64,000 nucleotides of DNA, taken from the NCBI GenBank assembly GCA_020536535.1, contig JAHLWZ010000809.1:1-64000 (forward strand), written 5' to 3'. The position numbers and the translations under genes were made by a program. Positions 1-17,867 of this stretch are shown here, one piece after another (position 1 is the stretch's first letter; every line of letters starts with the position of its first letter). A model generated the notes under the pieces. The model was given only the letters and a program-made list of their open reading frames with translations, made no database searches and was not told the DNA's origin. The DNA is from Pelomyxa schiedti (taxonomy: Eukaryota; Protista; Evosea).

Positions 1-382
1 CCCTGTTCTGAGCAAGGATCGGACTCGTTTCTCGGTCACGTTTGGACCCAGAACTCTTTTAGTGTCCTTGGGGAGAGTGAGCGGTTTAATTCTCGGAATT
101 CGCCCCGCGCGGTTCCCTCTGCGGGCCTCGTCGCCCGGGTGGTGATTCTTGTCGTCCTCCATTTGAGTAAAAACAATCAAAAATTTTTTTGTTTTGACAA
201 AACCTGCAGTACCGTCTAGTCGACTCCACTCTTTCCTGAAAGGTAACTTGCATTCATCCGAATATGGGTTGCGAATATTCTGTAGGTCTTGGCAACATGA
301 ACATGTTTTTCTTTTGGTGTCCCGAAGTTGAGGAAAACTTGTTTTAAAAATAACAACAAATAGGGTGTTGGGATGGTTGTGT

Positions 383-6397
<6,015 letters not shown>

Positions 6398-6578
6398 TTG
6401 TCGGCTGCACGAAGGGTGGTTCGGGTGGAAACAGAAAAGATATAAGATTTGGCTAATTTGCGAAAATTGATGGTTGATTAGATAGGCTATCTGAATTTCA
6501 AAGGGGTTCCCAGGGTGACCTCGGAGGTGAGGTCGGAGGAATGCACGAGGAAGGTCATTGGTTGTGCCTATGGAGGGT

Positions 6579-7573
6579 TCAATGGGTCTTGGCCTTGCGT
6601 CTCTTTTGGTTACGAGTGGTTGATGTTGGGTTAGGCTTTGTGGGTGAGGGTGGGTGGATGTAGTAGGGGTGTCCATAAAGGAAAGTCATGGCTATCCCGA
6701 GGACGCCGGCAAGGAAATACCTAGTTGAGAGTGAACTTGGATTTTGGAACGTATTACCTACAATACGTCCGGAAAGAATCCTCTAACGAGGGAAAAGGCT
6801 CCAATGGCCATACCGTTCACTGCTAGGAGCCAAAGAACAACTCTACTGCTATTAGGTAGGCTCGATACAAGAAGACCAACAGTGAATAAAGTTGTTGGGC
6901 ACTCAGCTCCTAGTAATACCTTTCCCATCGTGAGACTTAAAATGTGTTGGTGGAAAAAGAGTAATCACGTTGAAAATAAACTAGAAGGAGCGTACATACA
7001 TAGTTTGGCCAGGAAAAACCCGAAGTAAAATAATTCAGTATTGGAAATCCAAGCAAGCCAGATACCATCAGGAATGTGGAAACAAATTTCTGTAAGAAAG
7101 GCTTTGTCCTACTGTCCCCAAACTCCAGCTTCTTAAACCACAAATCGCAAATCTGGAGAAACATGTAAAAAAAATAAAGGAATAAATAAAACAAGTTTGG
7201 AGTCTCACCAGATAGACTGCAACCCACCAATGAAAGAGCCATCCCTCAATAAACACCAACCACAATGATTTTGAAGCCGTTCGAACAAATAGCATAACTA
7301 ATCCCGTGAATATGTGCTGGCCAGCTGCCAAAACCTTGATGGACACCGAAGGAGGGAAAAAGATCAGCAAGAGCACAACTACTCCCCAAAATGTCGGCAT
7401 AATCGACGTGGCAGTGTGTTCAACTGTCAATTCTCTTGAAGTAATGTTACGTCGGCTTCATTTCGCGTGGCAAACAAACTGGAAAGCACGGGGAACCTTA
7501 CGGCATCCACAGACAAAGCCTCTCTCAACGACAACTGGGCCAGTATAGACGAACCAACAGCAACCAACCCCAT
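6579..7573 (-). CDS. Multi-pass membrane protein, DUF6064-like (prokaryotic family)
   Basis: Spliced protein has 5-6 hydrophobic helices and the motif LLGAECPTTLFTVGLL, resembling the PCPTTxFTxGLL signature of DUF6064 as I recall it. Ends ...RRKAKTH* at 6579. The 5' splice pattern is unresolved. Confidence 0.6.
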
Positions 7574-7813
7574 GTCTCCTCCCGGTTCACTCACCGCACA
7601 AACCTCCGACACCAACGAACCCGCTTGATTTTATTGATTAAATCTCCTACAAGACAGGTTGACGATCTGAAAGAAAGGTGCAGGCAAGTCAATTCTTTTG
7701 CGTCTGACATGTCTGCCGAGGCGAGGGTGCAAGAAAGAAAGGGATTCACTTTTAAATAAAACAATCCAGGAGTCGCTATGCAAGCAACTGCCTGTCCCAG
7801 TCACAAAAGTCAT

Positions 7814-9157
7814 TTAGGAGATGTATTCGTTGATAGTATCCAGAGCACTGTTCAATGCTTCATTTGCCATCTTAGATATCTCCTGGCTCTCGGCATTCCA
7901 ATCTCCAGTCCTCTTCTTGGGTTTGGTGAAGTACATTGGAGGGGGCATTGGTGGGGCCGCCATCATCATTTGCATGTGCAATTGTGGGAGATACGCCGGG
8001 CTCATCAACGGAGGCGGTTGGTAAGTAACCGCGTTGATGGTGTTGTTCCTATTATTAGCGACTGGGGGCGAGTAGGGCGGTGGATTGCACTGTGGAAAGA
8101 CAGTCACGGTAGGCGGGGACTGAGTGTTGTTATTAGCTGGGAGATCGAGACTGGGTGCCGTGTGAAGTTGGTGTTGAGATTGGAGTTGTGATTGCCTCAT
8201 TTGCTCATTGTTCTGCAGTTGCTGTACATGTTGCGAGCCGGTGACGCTGAAGAAACGAGGTGGTTGTTGCTCATCCAGAGTGGCCTGAGACAGTAAAGGA
8301 ATTTGAGGTGAATCCGACTCCTTTTGCTCAAACTGAATGAGCTGGAAGTTTGGTGGAGGCGCGGGAGGTAAATTCTCCTGTGATTCTTGGCTTGGCGCTG
8401 ACGGAAGATGAGGGGAAACCGGGGGCTGCCCAGTGGGTGCCGAATTGCTGAGGGAGCACTCTTGTGCCGGCCCTGTTGGCGGCGGGTCTATCTGGGCCGC
8501 GGATGGCAAAATAGTAGAAGAAGAATGAGGAGAATAAGGCGGGGGTGGTGGCGGAGGGCAAGCGGTAGTAGTTGTGGAAGTAATGGCGGCACTGCTAGGA
8601 GGAGCAAGGTGAGAAAGGGAAAGCGGCAACGTAGTCGAGAGTGATAGCGCCATTGGGTTAGAGGCAAGGGCGGCTCGTTGCGCCGAAGCCGCGGAAAGCA
8701 GGACCTGGGAGGCGTACATCTGCTGCTGCTGTTGTTGCTGTTGCATTTGCTGCATCTGAAGCTGCTGTTGCAGTTGCTGTTGTTGCTGCAGAACCCTGAC
8801 CTGATTGAGCTGCTGCAGCTGCAACTGCAGCTGGCCCATGTGCCTCTGCATCATCATCAAGCTCTGGGTACTAGGCACAGGGGGAGCGAGCTGAGGCATA
8901 GGCGGCAGCGCACTCATCCCCGCCCCCATCCCCATCCCCATCCCCATTCCCATTCCCATGCCTAGACCCATCCCGAGACCCATACCAAGAGGAGGTCCCA
9001 TAGGTGTCATTATGGGAGCAGGCGGCGGCATCATCATCACGGAGGCCGCGAGAGGGTGCTGTGCCGGGGGCGTCGTGAAAGCCCAAGGCGGGACCATACA
9101 AGTGGCCGTGGGCGCCCATATGGCGGCAGGAGGAGAGTAAACGTACGAATACTCCAT
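7814..9157 (-). CDS. Hypothetical Pro/Gln/Met-rich low-complexity protein (447 aa, single exon)
   Basis: Long ATG-initiated ORF with (GM)n, polyQ and polyP tracts and a short helical C-terminus. No recognisable domain. Confidence 0.65.
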   Translation of the reverse strand: MEYSYVYSPPAAIWAPTATCMVPPWAFTTPPAQHPLAASVMMMPPPAPIMTPMGPPLGMGLGMGLGMGMGMGMGMGMGAGMSALPPMPQLAPPVPSTQSLMMMQRHMGQLQLQLQQLNQVRVLQQQQQLQQQLQMQQMQQQQQQQQMYASQVLLSAASAQRAALASNPMALSLSTTLPLSLSHLAPPSSAAITSTTTTACPPPPPPPYSPHSSSTILPSAAQIDPPPTGPAQECSLSNSAPTGQPPVSPHLPSAPSQESQENLPPAPPPNFQLIQFEQKESDSPQIPLLSQATLDEQQPPRFFSVTGSQHVQQLQNNEQMRQSQLQSQHQLHTAPSLDLPANNNTQSPPTVTVFPQCNPPPYSPPVANNRNNTINAVTYQPPPLMSPAYLPQLHMQMMMAAPPMPPPMYFTKPKKRTGDWNAESQEISKMANEALNSALDTINEYIS

Positions 9158-9278
9158 ACTGAATTAACTACCGTTTGTTTTTGGGGTTTCGTGTGTTGGG
9201 GCCTCTGCCTTCCCTGATGAAAAAAAAAAAAAGTTGGTCTGTGCTCTGAGATAGAAAACAAAAGTGTGGGGTTGGGGT

Positions 9279-11353
9279 CTACGAGAGTGGGTACGTTTTG
9301 TGTGTGTCGGGGCTGCTGAATGAAAGAGTGTGTATGTAAGTGGCTGGGTGCTCGATTCCAGTTGCAACGCGGAAGCGGATGGTTACGCTGACATCGAATG
9401 TGCCCCAGCCCACTCGCTCCAGCTGGTACGGGGGCTGGTCCACACGCACCACCCTTGGGTTGAATGTTGGGTGCAGTCCGAATTCTACTTGGTGAATAGC
9501 CGCGGATATGTCCGCTGTTCCTGCCTCGGGCGGTGCACGCACATACACCACCCACTTGTGTGAGTTTTGCTCAGGTGATGTGGCCAATGGGGTTGCGGCT
9601 GTGGCTGTAGCTGTGGATGAGGCAGAGGTTGATGCAGATACTGAGGAGGAGCTGGGGGTGGGGGTGGGGGCTGCTGTTGGTTTGGATGCGGCCGAGGTCG
9701 TTGGGGTGGTGGTTGTGGATGCTGGCGTAACTAGGGCGTGAGTGTTTCCAACCATTATACCGGTCTTAAAGAGGGCCCGCAAGCTCAGTCTTTTGGCTGC
9801 CTCTTTGTACTCGGAGTGAACTTTCTGAAAAGAATTTAGACAAGAGTTGCCACTGAAAATCACAAATACATCGGGAATACTAGCAATTGGAAGAGCATCC
9901 CGAGGGTGCCAAATTGGGATTGGGTCAATGGGAATCCCTAATCTTTCCAACAATCCGGTGAATACTTGATCACATCTGTAAATGTTTAGAAGGCCATAAA
10001 TAAAAACAAATTTAAGCGCACGTTGCCCAAATACGAAGATCAGGCTTGTCATCATCAGGTGTGGGTTGGAGATTAATTATAACAGTCTAAATTATGTGAG
10101 AACAACTACTACTGTAGAAGGAAAACCTGTTTTGACAGGAACGGGAAATGGGTGATGTGCCTGGAAGAAAGTTAGACGAACTGCGGGTGCAAGAGTATGC
10201 ACGTGCCTTAGAGACATTGAAGTGCCAGCAACAATACATAGATCAGCTTTTTTGCACTGTTTGTCAGCCTCAGCCCAATCCATCTTTTGAGAGTCAGTTA
10301 CCGCTAAGAGTCAAGGATAAATACAGAATCCAATAATTCGCCAAAATTGATGTCTATTTTAAGTGTGGTCAGAAGCAAGCAAGAATTTCAGTCATGTCAT
10401 ACGTGTATCCTTTGTTCCCAAATTGACATCAGTTGTGGAAATGAGGCCATTCATTGCAAACTTTGTCTTGGATCCAGTTTTCACATCCTTTTTGGTAACC
10501 CATCCCGTGTATGACGCTGGAGGATGACTGCCGCATCTGCTGCATGTACCAACACAATGGTCATGGACGTGAGTTCGTGGCTGTCTAACCTTTTGAATTG
10601 GAATCGAGGTGAACTCAAGGGAAACGGCACTGCAATGAACCTCGAAATTTCTCTCAAAATCGTAGCCGCATCCAGTGCACCTTTCAATATAAATATCACC
10701 GTGCAGACAAGTCAGCTGGGTATGACCTTGCAAACCAGCTTTTCGGTAAATACCATCCAAATTTGTGGTAATTACGTGATGTGCCAAACCCAGTCTCATG
10801 AGAGTTGCCATTGCCATATGAGTGACTGAGGGTTCAGCATCAGTCATCTACGAAGTACTTTGTAAATGCGCAGTGTTCACTTAGAAGGGCAGTGCAGACG
10901 ATTCATACATCAACTTTCTTGGCGCTCTTCGCTCTTTCTCTCTCAGCTTCACGGAGAAGCCCATCCAAGTCTTCCTGCTCCTCAGCTGTGATTGTGCCGA
11001 GCCTTCCTTTATCCTGAAGCTCACGAATGCGCCTCTTCGTCCAGGCACCCGAAGGGCCACGGTAGTCGCCCACTCCGGATGAAGTCGAGACACCAGCCCC
11101 TTTTTGGGAGAAAGATGGTAATGGGCATTAGATTTCCAGCCAACTCTGAAACAAAACCGCTCTCTACCCACAATTGCAAGAAGGAAGTAACAACGCTGAG
11201 CATAGGTGCAAAATTTCACGTGGGCTTACCTGTGAAAAATACAGTGTAGGAGCTGGCTCCGACCATTGAGGCCAACAACGTGATTTTTTCATTGAGTGCA
11301 GCCTCGTCGTCGTAATGCTCTGCAACTCGCGACGCGTCGACCGTCGATGCCAT
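9279..11353 (-). CDS. Class IV (SIRT6/7-like) sirtuin fused to a C-terminal YEATS domain
   Basis: MASTVDASRVAEHYDD...YTVFFTGAGVSTSSGVGDYRGP, AEPSVTHMA, TTNLDG, LHGD, CxxC..CxxC, HINFGE, GTSMSLR, VIINLQPTP. Then YEATS GNTH...HKWVVYVR...VEFGLHPTF...PPYQLERVGWGTF...HTLSF. No stop codon between the domains. Confidence 0.88.
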
Positions 11354-11542
11354 TCTTCGTACCTGTGTCTGTTTTTTTTGTTGTTGTTTGGAGAACCCGA
11401 AAGGAAAATCTCAGACGAGATGGGTTTGATGTTTCTGCACGTGGAAACGGTTTTTTTTTTTAATTTGGGTATGGTTACGGAAAAACTTTGTTGTGCGGAA
11501 ATTACAAAGGCGAAGGCATGGGTGGGTTTGGGATATAGGTGG

Positions 11543-13193
11543 TTACCACACAGGGGCAGAGTCCGGGAAGGTTATCACTTCCCCGGTGGTTGCATCGACC
11601 ACTTTGTTCTTCCACGCTGTAGTGGTGGTGTTGATGATGGGTTGGTTGCTGTGGGTGTTGCTTTCGCCTTCGGCAAGCTCCGCAGTGACGCGGCCGGTGT
11701 CCACTCCGTCCAGTACAAGTACAAAGGTTATCCGCACTTGCTGGGTTACTGGCTCGGCGGCCGGTCTCAGCCACTGCCATGTCCCGTCTTGCGGGAAGTA
11801 ATTCAGCATGGTGACGTGTAGTGTGGGGTGCAATCCGGGGTGCTTGGTCCCGATTCGAGCCTGGAATACAACCATGGGTGTGTTGGGTACTGCATTGGGC
11901 CCTGCCTTTCGTTTCAGCGCTTCCAATCCAGAGTGTTTGACCAGGCGCAGGTATCGTTGTGTTGAGAACAGCATGGCACGAAGGGCGATTCTCCGGTAGG
12001 CATCACCGGAAAACAGGGTGGCATATCTTTTGACATAAATAAATTGTAAAGCCTAATGGTACAGTATTGGAAACCTGTCTCGTAGCCACTGAACCAGAAG
12101 TTCATATTTTACACGTGTTATCATTTCTGGCCGTGCCATGGAGACCCCTGAACAACATGCATTTATAAGCAGCTTGTTAGCATTTATTCCAAGTGCTTGG
12201 AAAAATTGTAATCGCTGTTGTTCAGTGATGGTATCTTCACTATTTGATCCCATACTGCTTGGTGTCTTCGAAGTGGTTGTTGAAGTTGGTAAAATGGAAG
12301 TTGTGGATATTTTGCTGTTTTGTGTGCCCAGGGTGAAATTTGCGGGAGTGATGTGCGCACTTGCTGTGGTGCTTGCATAGCAATATCGCGCCACAGTCGA
12401 GGGGAAAAATGAGGATGCATCAGGGATTAGGTGATGGCATCGACCATGGTCCACACTAATAAGCTTTGATGCCCATTCCGTGGAAGGCCAGAATTCATTT
12501 ACTATGTTTTCTTCTGTGCTACCATCCTTGACATGACACAACTCTGGTAATATGGCATCCATAACCTTTTCAAATGCAGGAGGGTCTGGGGCAATTCCAG
12601 CCAAAACATTTTTGCATTCTGGTCTTATGTTGAAGGAGCTCAATGGCTCCAGTGCACAACCACCAGAGCCTGAACGGCGTTTGACATTTGATTGAGAAGG
12701 AAGAGGCAAAGGAGGCAACGTGACTCGCGAAGGAGTGCCCTGTGCTACATAGGGCATAACGGGGGCCATCAAAGTAGCATAGTCGAGTATCAAAAGCGGA
12801 GAAGAAATCAAAGCATTCGTGACCCACTTTGAAGCAGTAGAAGAGTCGACAAATGCGGCACATCCCTGAAGAATTTTGCTGTCTTCATCGGCCAAAATTG
12901 TCCATATATTCCCTGGTGCCTATACTTAAGTATTATTATTTCAAAAAATATAGGCCCCCACGCCGAGGGAGAAAAACCCAAAAAAATAAAAAAAATAAAA
13001 AAAAGAGGGCACAAACGTCAGCGGAATTTCTTGCAAGAAGGTGGGTTTCCTCTTCTTTCCTGTCGACTTCCATGTCCTTTCGCCACCCCATGGAAAACGA
13101 AACGACACAACACACTCCCTTCGTTTCGGCAGCGGTCGCCGTCGTCGCGCCCGCGTCGTTCGTCGTAGATCCCGACACCGATGTCGTTTGCAT
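11543..13193 (-). CDS. Hypothetical protein (about 500 aa, 3 predicted introns)
   Basis: ATG at 13193 (MQTTSVSG...) splices to the 280-aa ORF. An in-frame TAG at 12053 is removable by a 42-nt GTTCAG..ATTAG intron, which joins the 143-aa ORF ending PDSAPVW*. No domain recognised. Confidence 0.55.
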
Positions 13194-13288
13194 AATCTCC
13201 GCCGCTCTCGTTGAGGTGTTTTAGCGTATTCTATTTTTGTCGTCCAGCAGCTGATTCCTGTACTCAAAACCGTAGGAGGTGCGGTGCG

Positions 13289-14425
13289 CATGACTTAAAA
13301 ACAAAAGTCTTTGGAAAAATGAAGAGAATGAGTGGTGTAATGAACATGGGGGTCTTGGTTGTGCAGTAACTCTGAGTAAAAATCAGTGGTAGTGTGATCA
13401 GACTTATCTAACAGTGATGTAAATCTGAGATGAAACTCTTGACTCCTCAGTCATCACACCAAAGTGCACAAAAGGATTCATCTCTTTCTGTGTTCTGTTA
13501 TTGAGTGAGTATCCCCACACTACATTCCTCAAAGGCATTTCTCTCCAGGAACCAAACTTGTGTTTCACTGTCCCAGTTGCAGCTTCACAAAAGCACTGCA
13601 TGCACAATGTCACTTTGTGCCTGTGGAAGTGATTGTTCAAGTCAGATTGGTGGATGCTTGCAGCTTGATGGGATTCCACAACTAGCCTGTCCTAAAGATC
13701 CTCTTTGAACCCTTCCTCCTTGTAATGGGTAACAGTGCCATTGCATTGTGGTTGGACTACACCTTCAACATCTTGAAAGAGTACAAGAGTGAGAGCAAGG
13801 GAGCAATCCTCATGTGTGTGAAGTAATTTATTGTATATATTATTGAGATTGTGATGTTGATGGTGCTGCCTGACGCTGTGATTCAGAAACCTCCAAACAC
13901 CTAAACACCTTGGTTTTTTTGGGTTGATCTGTTAGAGTTGTTGTGTCACACAAAAACAAACATCACAGCAAACCACAACACTGATGGTGGTTTATTAGGC
14001 AGGTGATCACCAGAAATGACTAGATTTATGAGGGTTTCATGGTGAGGGCAATGAAAAATCTGAGTGGGGCAAACCACCTAAATACACCATGCATCCTGAG
14101 ACAACAACATTGTTTGAGGCACTTGTTGTTTTTGCCTTGGGCACAATCTAAACACAATACAATACAGCCAAAAACAATTGTTTTGCCCTGGGTGGAAGTT
14201 TTTTAAAACATAGAGGCTTTTCCTGAGGAACCACATATGCTCTTGAGTCAGTTCCAGTTGGGGTGACCTTGACTGTGATTGGTCACAGGGTTGAGTGGGA
14301 CCCCACAGTCCACTAACACTGTTAGGTGAGATCAGGTTGTGCTTGCCTTGTGATTCTGTTGACTATCTCAGGCATGGCTACATGTTCAGACCAGAAACTG
14401 GTCTGTTGGAAGGTATGCCTCTGCT
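13289..14425. other. CpG-depleted non-genic block, possible decayed methylated repeat
   Basis: Only one CG dinucleotide (13874) counted by eye in about 1.14 kb; TG/CA-rich; only short broken ORFs. Confidence 0.55.
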
Positions 14426-14983
14426 CGGCTGTGAAAGTGATGACTTCCCAAAAAAGGGAATCGCGGTGTCGGCACAGAGTAACCCACGGAAGTCGGACAA
14501 CTTCCAGGAATGGCACCTGACACTGTGCATTGCATCCACAGAATACTCAGAATTCATGGGACTCTGGGCTTATAAGCAACACCACTTTCACTCACCTCAG
14601 AACAAGTAAAATAATAAATACATTTTTCTTCCCTTAAATGACCACTACAACAATGAGTGCAGCAGTCACTCCCCGTGAGGACGTGCCACTCACACGGCCT
14701 GCTTGCGTGCATTTTTGGGCCTGTCTCTACGTCGAACACCATTGCGCATTGGTCACAACAACACCCAAAAACACGCACGTGTAGCAGAAGCGAAAGGTAG
14801 AAGAAAAACTTACCTTTTTTTGTTCATCAAACATAAATTTGGGGTGGGCATTCGCATTAGCGAAAAAGTCTGGAAAGCCTATCACCGTCCTGTCACGTTT
14901 TTCGTTCCCTGCCTAAGGAAAAGGTCGATGAATTTCCACTCGGAGTATCTGAGTAAAATCTCAGGTAAAAAACAAATAAAAAC

Positions 14984-16696
14984 ATGAAGGCAGCAGTGGT
15001 GCCCCCAGAAGTCGCGTCACACGAGAGATATCGTAGAGCCAAACAACTTACGACCGCCAAGCGATGCGCGATTGTGTTATTCATGATGTGTTTGCTGCTG
15101 GTCAATGCGTACTTTTTGATTGAAACAGGCTTTTTGAACGCTCTGTTATTCTCCTGCGGGTATGTTACATGCCCAGTAAAGGGGATTCTTTCACCTGTGG
15201 TTTTTTTTTTTGTTGTTCCTTGTCACTTTTTAGTATTTCGTAATGCAGTTGGCATTAATGATTTCAAGGACAAAATGTACGGGGGAACGTATGCTGCCTG
15301 AGGTTGCCCAAAGGGATGTTGACCTTGTGATATCCTGGGTAGACGGCGGTGATCCGTCTTGGGTGGAATTGAAACAAGTGTGGTTCTAAATTTTCACCCT
15401 GCTACGTGGTAACCTATGTGCAAACAATCAGAAATATCTCCCTCCAAGAAATTCCAAGGATGCCTTGGGTGCCAAAAGGTGGCGCAATAACAATGAAGGT
15501 ACTCCTTTTTGTATATACATGTCAGTTACTGTTCTAGTCTGTTACCTCCTCCGATCTATAAAGAAGTATGCCCCTTGGATCCGGCACATTTGGATAGCCA
15601 CCTTAAAGTACGTTTCTTTTTGTACCACAATTTCTTTTTAATTGTCCCAGCCAAGTTCCAGTATGCTTGAATGTAAGTGCCACTTCGTGGATCAGTGTTG
15701 TCAATCACTCAGAGTTCATGAGAGAGATTGACCAACCAAATTTCAGTTCACATGCCATTGAAGCTAGCATTCATAGAATTCCTGGTCTTTCTGAATATTT
15801 TCTGTATCAAATTTAATTTTTATTATCCGTGATAACACACCAAGGTACAACAATGACGACATGCTCTTTTACCAGCCTCTTGTAAGAGAAGACATTTTTA
15901 CCTGGGATGGGAAAATGAGATTTTACGTTTTCGGCTGGAGGCAAATTCTAAATTTCATTCCAGTGTGGTCTTCCTATGTCCATAGTAAGAGAATGTCTTG
16001 TACAATAGTCATTCACTCTTTACAGCGTACTGTGTAAGAGTAACAGCCCGTAGTTTCCTGAAACAGTATGCCTCACCCAATTTTAATCCAGCCACTTTAT
16101 TTATTCCAACAAAAAAAGGTTCCCTGCATCATTCCCACATAAACAGATGCACCAGTCAATGGTCATGTCCAAATCACTTCTTGAAGAAACATGGAGACTC
16201 TACCCAGATGAGATGAATGCAACTGCCATTGCAAAGTTCAGAGACATACACACAGTAATTCCACTTACTCTTGCTTTTGAAACTGGTATTTCTGTCGTTT
16301 TCCATTCCGAAAAACCTCACCAAATGCGAAAAGGTCTTGGACTTGGGGATGGAGAGAGAGATTTCACTACTAGGCAAGAACTACTTAAACTTGTACGCAA
16401 TTTTTACTTCAGCTATTCCTTGGTTCAATTCCCAACAGACAAACAGCAAGGGTGATGACCGGAAATTTGCCAAACTCAAATCATCCAAGCCAAGATGGCT
16501 GTGCCTCAATGATGACTCCAACAGTGACTCGCCTGTCAACTGGCATGTAGTAAACTTCCTTCGTCATGAGGTATGATTCTCAAACTTACCACTTATCTCA
16601 CTGAAACTAATGGATTTGTAGTACCCAGAGCCTGGACCCTGGGAACCCCCACATTGGGAGAGTGAATGGTTGGCAACGGCTGCAATGCCGCTCTGA
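14984..16696 (+). CDS. Stealth-family hexose-1-phosphate transferase (type II membrane protein)
   Basis: N-terminal TM helix; CR1 DVDLVISWVDGGDPSW; CR2 RWRNNNE..LLRSIKKYAPWIRHIWI..NFSSHAIEASIHRIPGLSEYFLY.NDDM; CR3 ETWRLYPDEMNATAIAKFR; CR4 KPRWLCLNDD. Confidence 0.88.
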
Positions 16697-17054
16697 TCCA
16701 TTGCTTTACACCCAAAACCCTGTTGTGCTTTTCATTTTGTTCAAACAAAAATGTAAAAAAGAAGCCTTAATTTTTTTTTTGGAATACCGATTTGAATTCT
16801 TTCACTGTGTAACTGTAACATTACTGCCCTCCGGAGGAGGTTGGAGTGGGAGAGAGGGGCCCCTCCCTACAACACGTGATCACCCATTTATTATAATAGT
16901 GGAGAAACACAGTAAAAAATCGGCCCCAAAGAAGCTTGATTGCAGATTTCCCCAAAGCCCCCTTCAATAGTCAACCAAACTGACAAAAAACGAGATCATC
17001 AAACAGAAAAAAAAAACCGGATCGGCACCAACTCGTAACAACGACAAACACAAA

Positions 17055-17782
17055 ATGTTGAGCGTTGTGGTCATTGGCGCACTTGTGGGAGCTTTCTTAA
17101 ATTCTGTACGGGAGAACCACCTCCTTTTTTTTTTCATGCCGTTTTCTTTTTGCCCAATGAATGACTTGTACTTGTTCCCCGTTTTTTTCCCCCTTCACCA
17201 ACGTATCATTCAGTTTGGGTTGATGATGGTAGAATCAGGGTACGTTAAGGCGAACGTTGGAGCGACCCTGTATGACCCTCTACTCATTATGGTGCGCATG
17301 CGATAACCATTTTGAATAGAAATATTAAATACTAAATAAAAATTCAGACTGTGATGGTTACACTCTTCTTGTCCGTATTGAATTACCCTACAAAGAAGCA
17401 CCTTCTTCCTGTTTGTATGTACACGAATCCAAACAAAACATAGCCTAGCTCCATTCGACTGATTCCATTTAACCAAAAAGGCATGATAATGAGTGCCACC
17501 ACGGCAATCTATTACTTCTTTGACATGATTCAGATGTTCCAGACTGGCACCACATCCACGTCCATGATCGGCGCCGGTGCCCTCTTCTGTGTCCTTGGCA
17601 TGCTGGTGGTTGAGGCCTGCTGCCTATGCATATTCAATGGGTGGTTTGGTGCTGAGGGACCAGCGTTTGGCCACACAGGACCCACATCAAGCAGTGCAGC
17701 TGGTGCCTACGTTACACCTCCTGACGTTCCCCCAACAACCACATCCACCACAACAACAACAGAGCCCATCAGCAATGCCTAA
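17055..17782 (+). CDS. Small multi-pass membrane protein, unknown function
   Basis: Several hydrophobic exons separated by GT-AG introns, with a Thr-rich tail ending PISNA*. Confidence 0.5.
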
Positions 17783-17867
17783 ATGCCTATTAATAATATT
17801 ACAATTCCACTTTTTGCCAATCCAAACTTCCCACAACAGCCACAGCACCCCTTTCCTTCGAAAAATT

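Noticed and set aside
1-300. Possible start of a minus-strand gene running off the left edge
   Set aside because: One frame is open for about 55 codons, but I found no consistent ATG or splice path and no recognisable motif.
12053-12055. Stop-codon reassignment or read-through
   Set aside because: TAA, TAG and TGA all terminate well-conserved genes here, and a canonical intron explains this TAG.
13404-14609. Short ORFs in the CpG-poor block as functional genes or an identifiable transposase
   Set aside because: Fragmented, with no recognisable domain, terminal repeats or target-site duplication.
16854-16865. 12-bp palindrome GAGGGGCCCCTC
   Set aside because: Expected by chance in 64 kb, and not repeated elsewhere that I could see.
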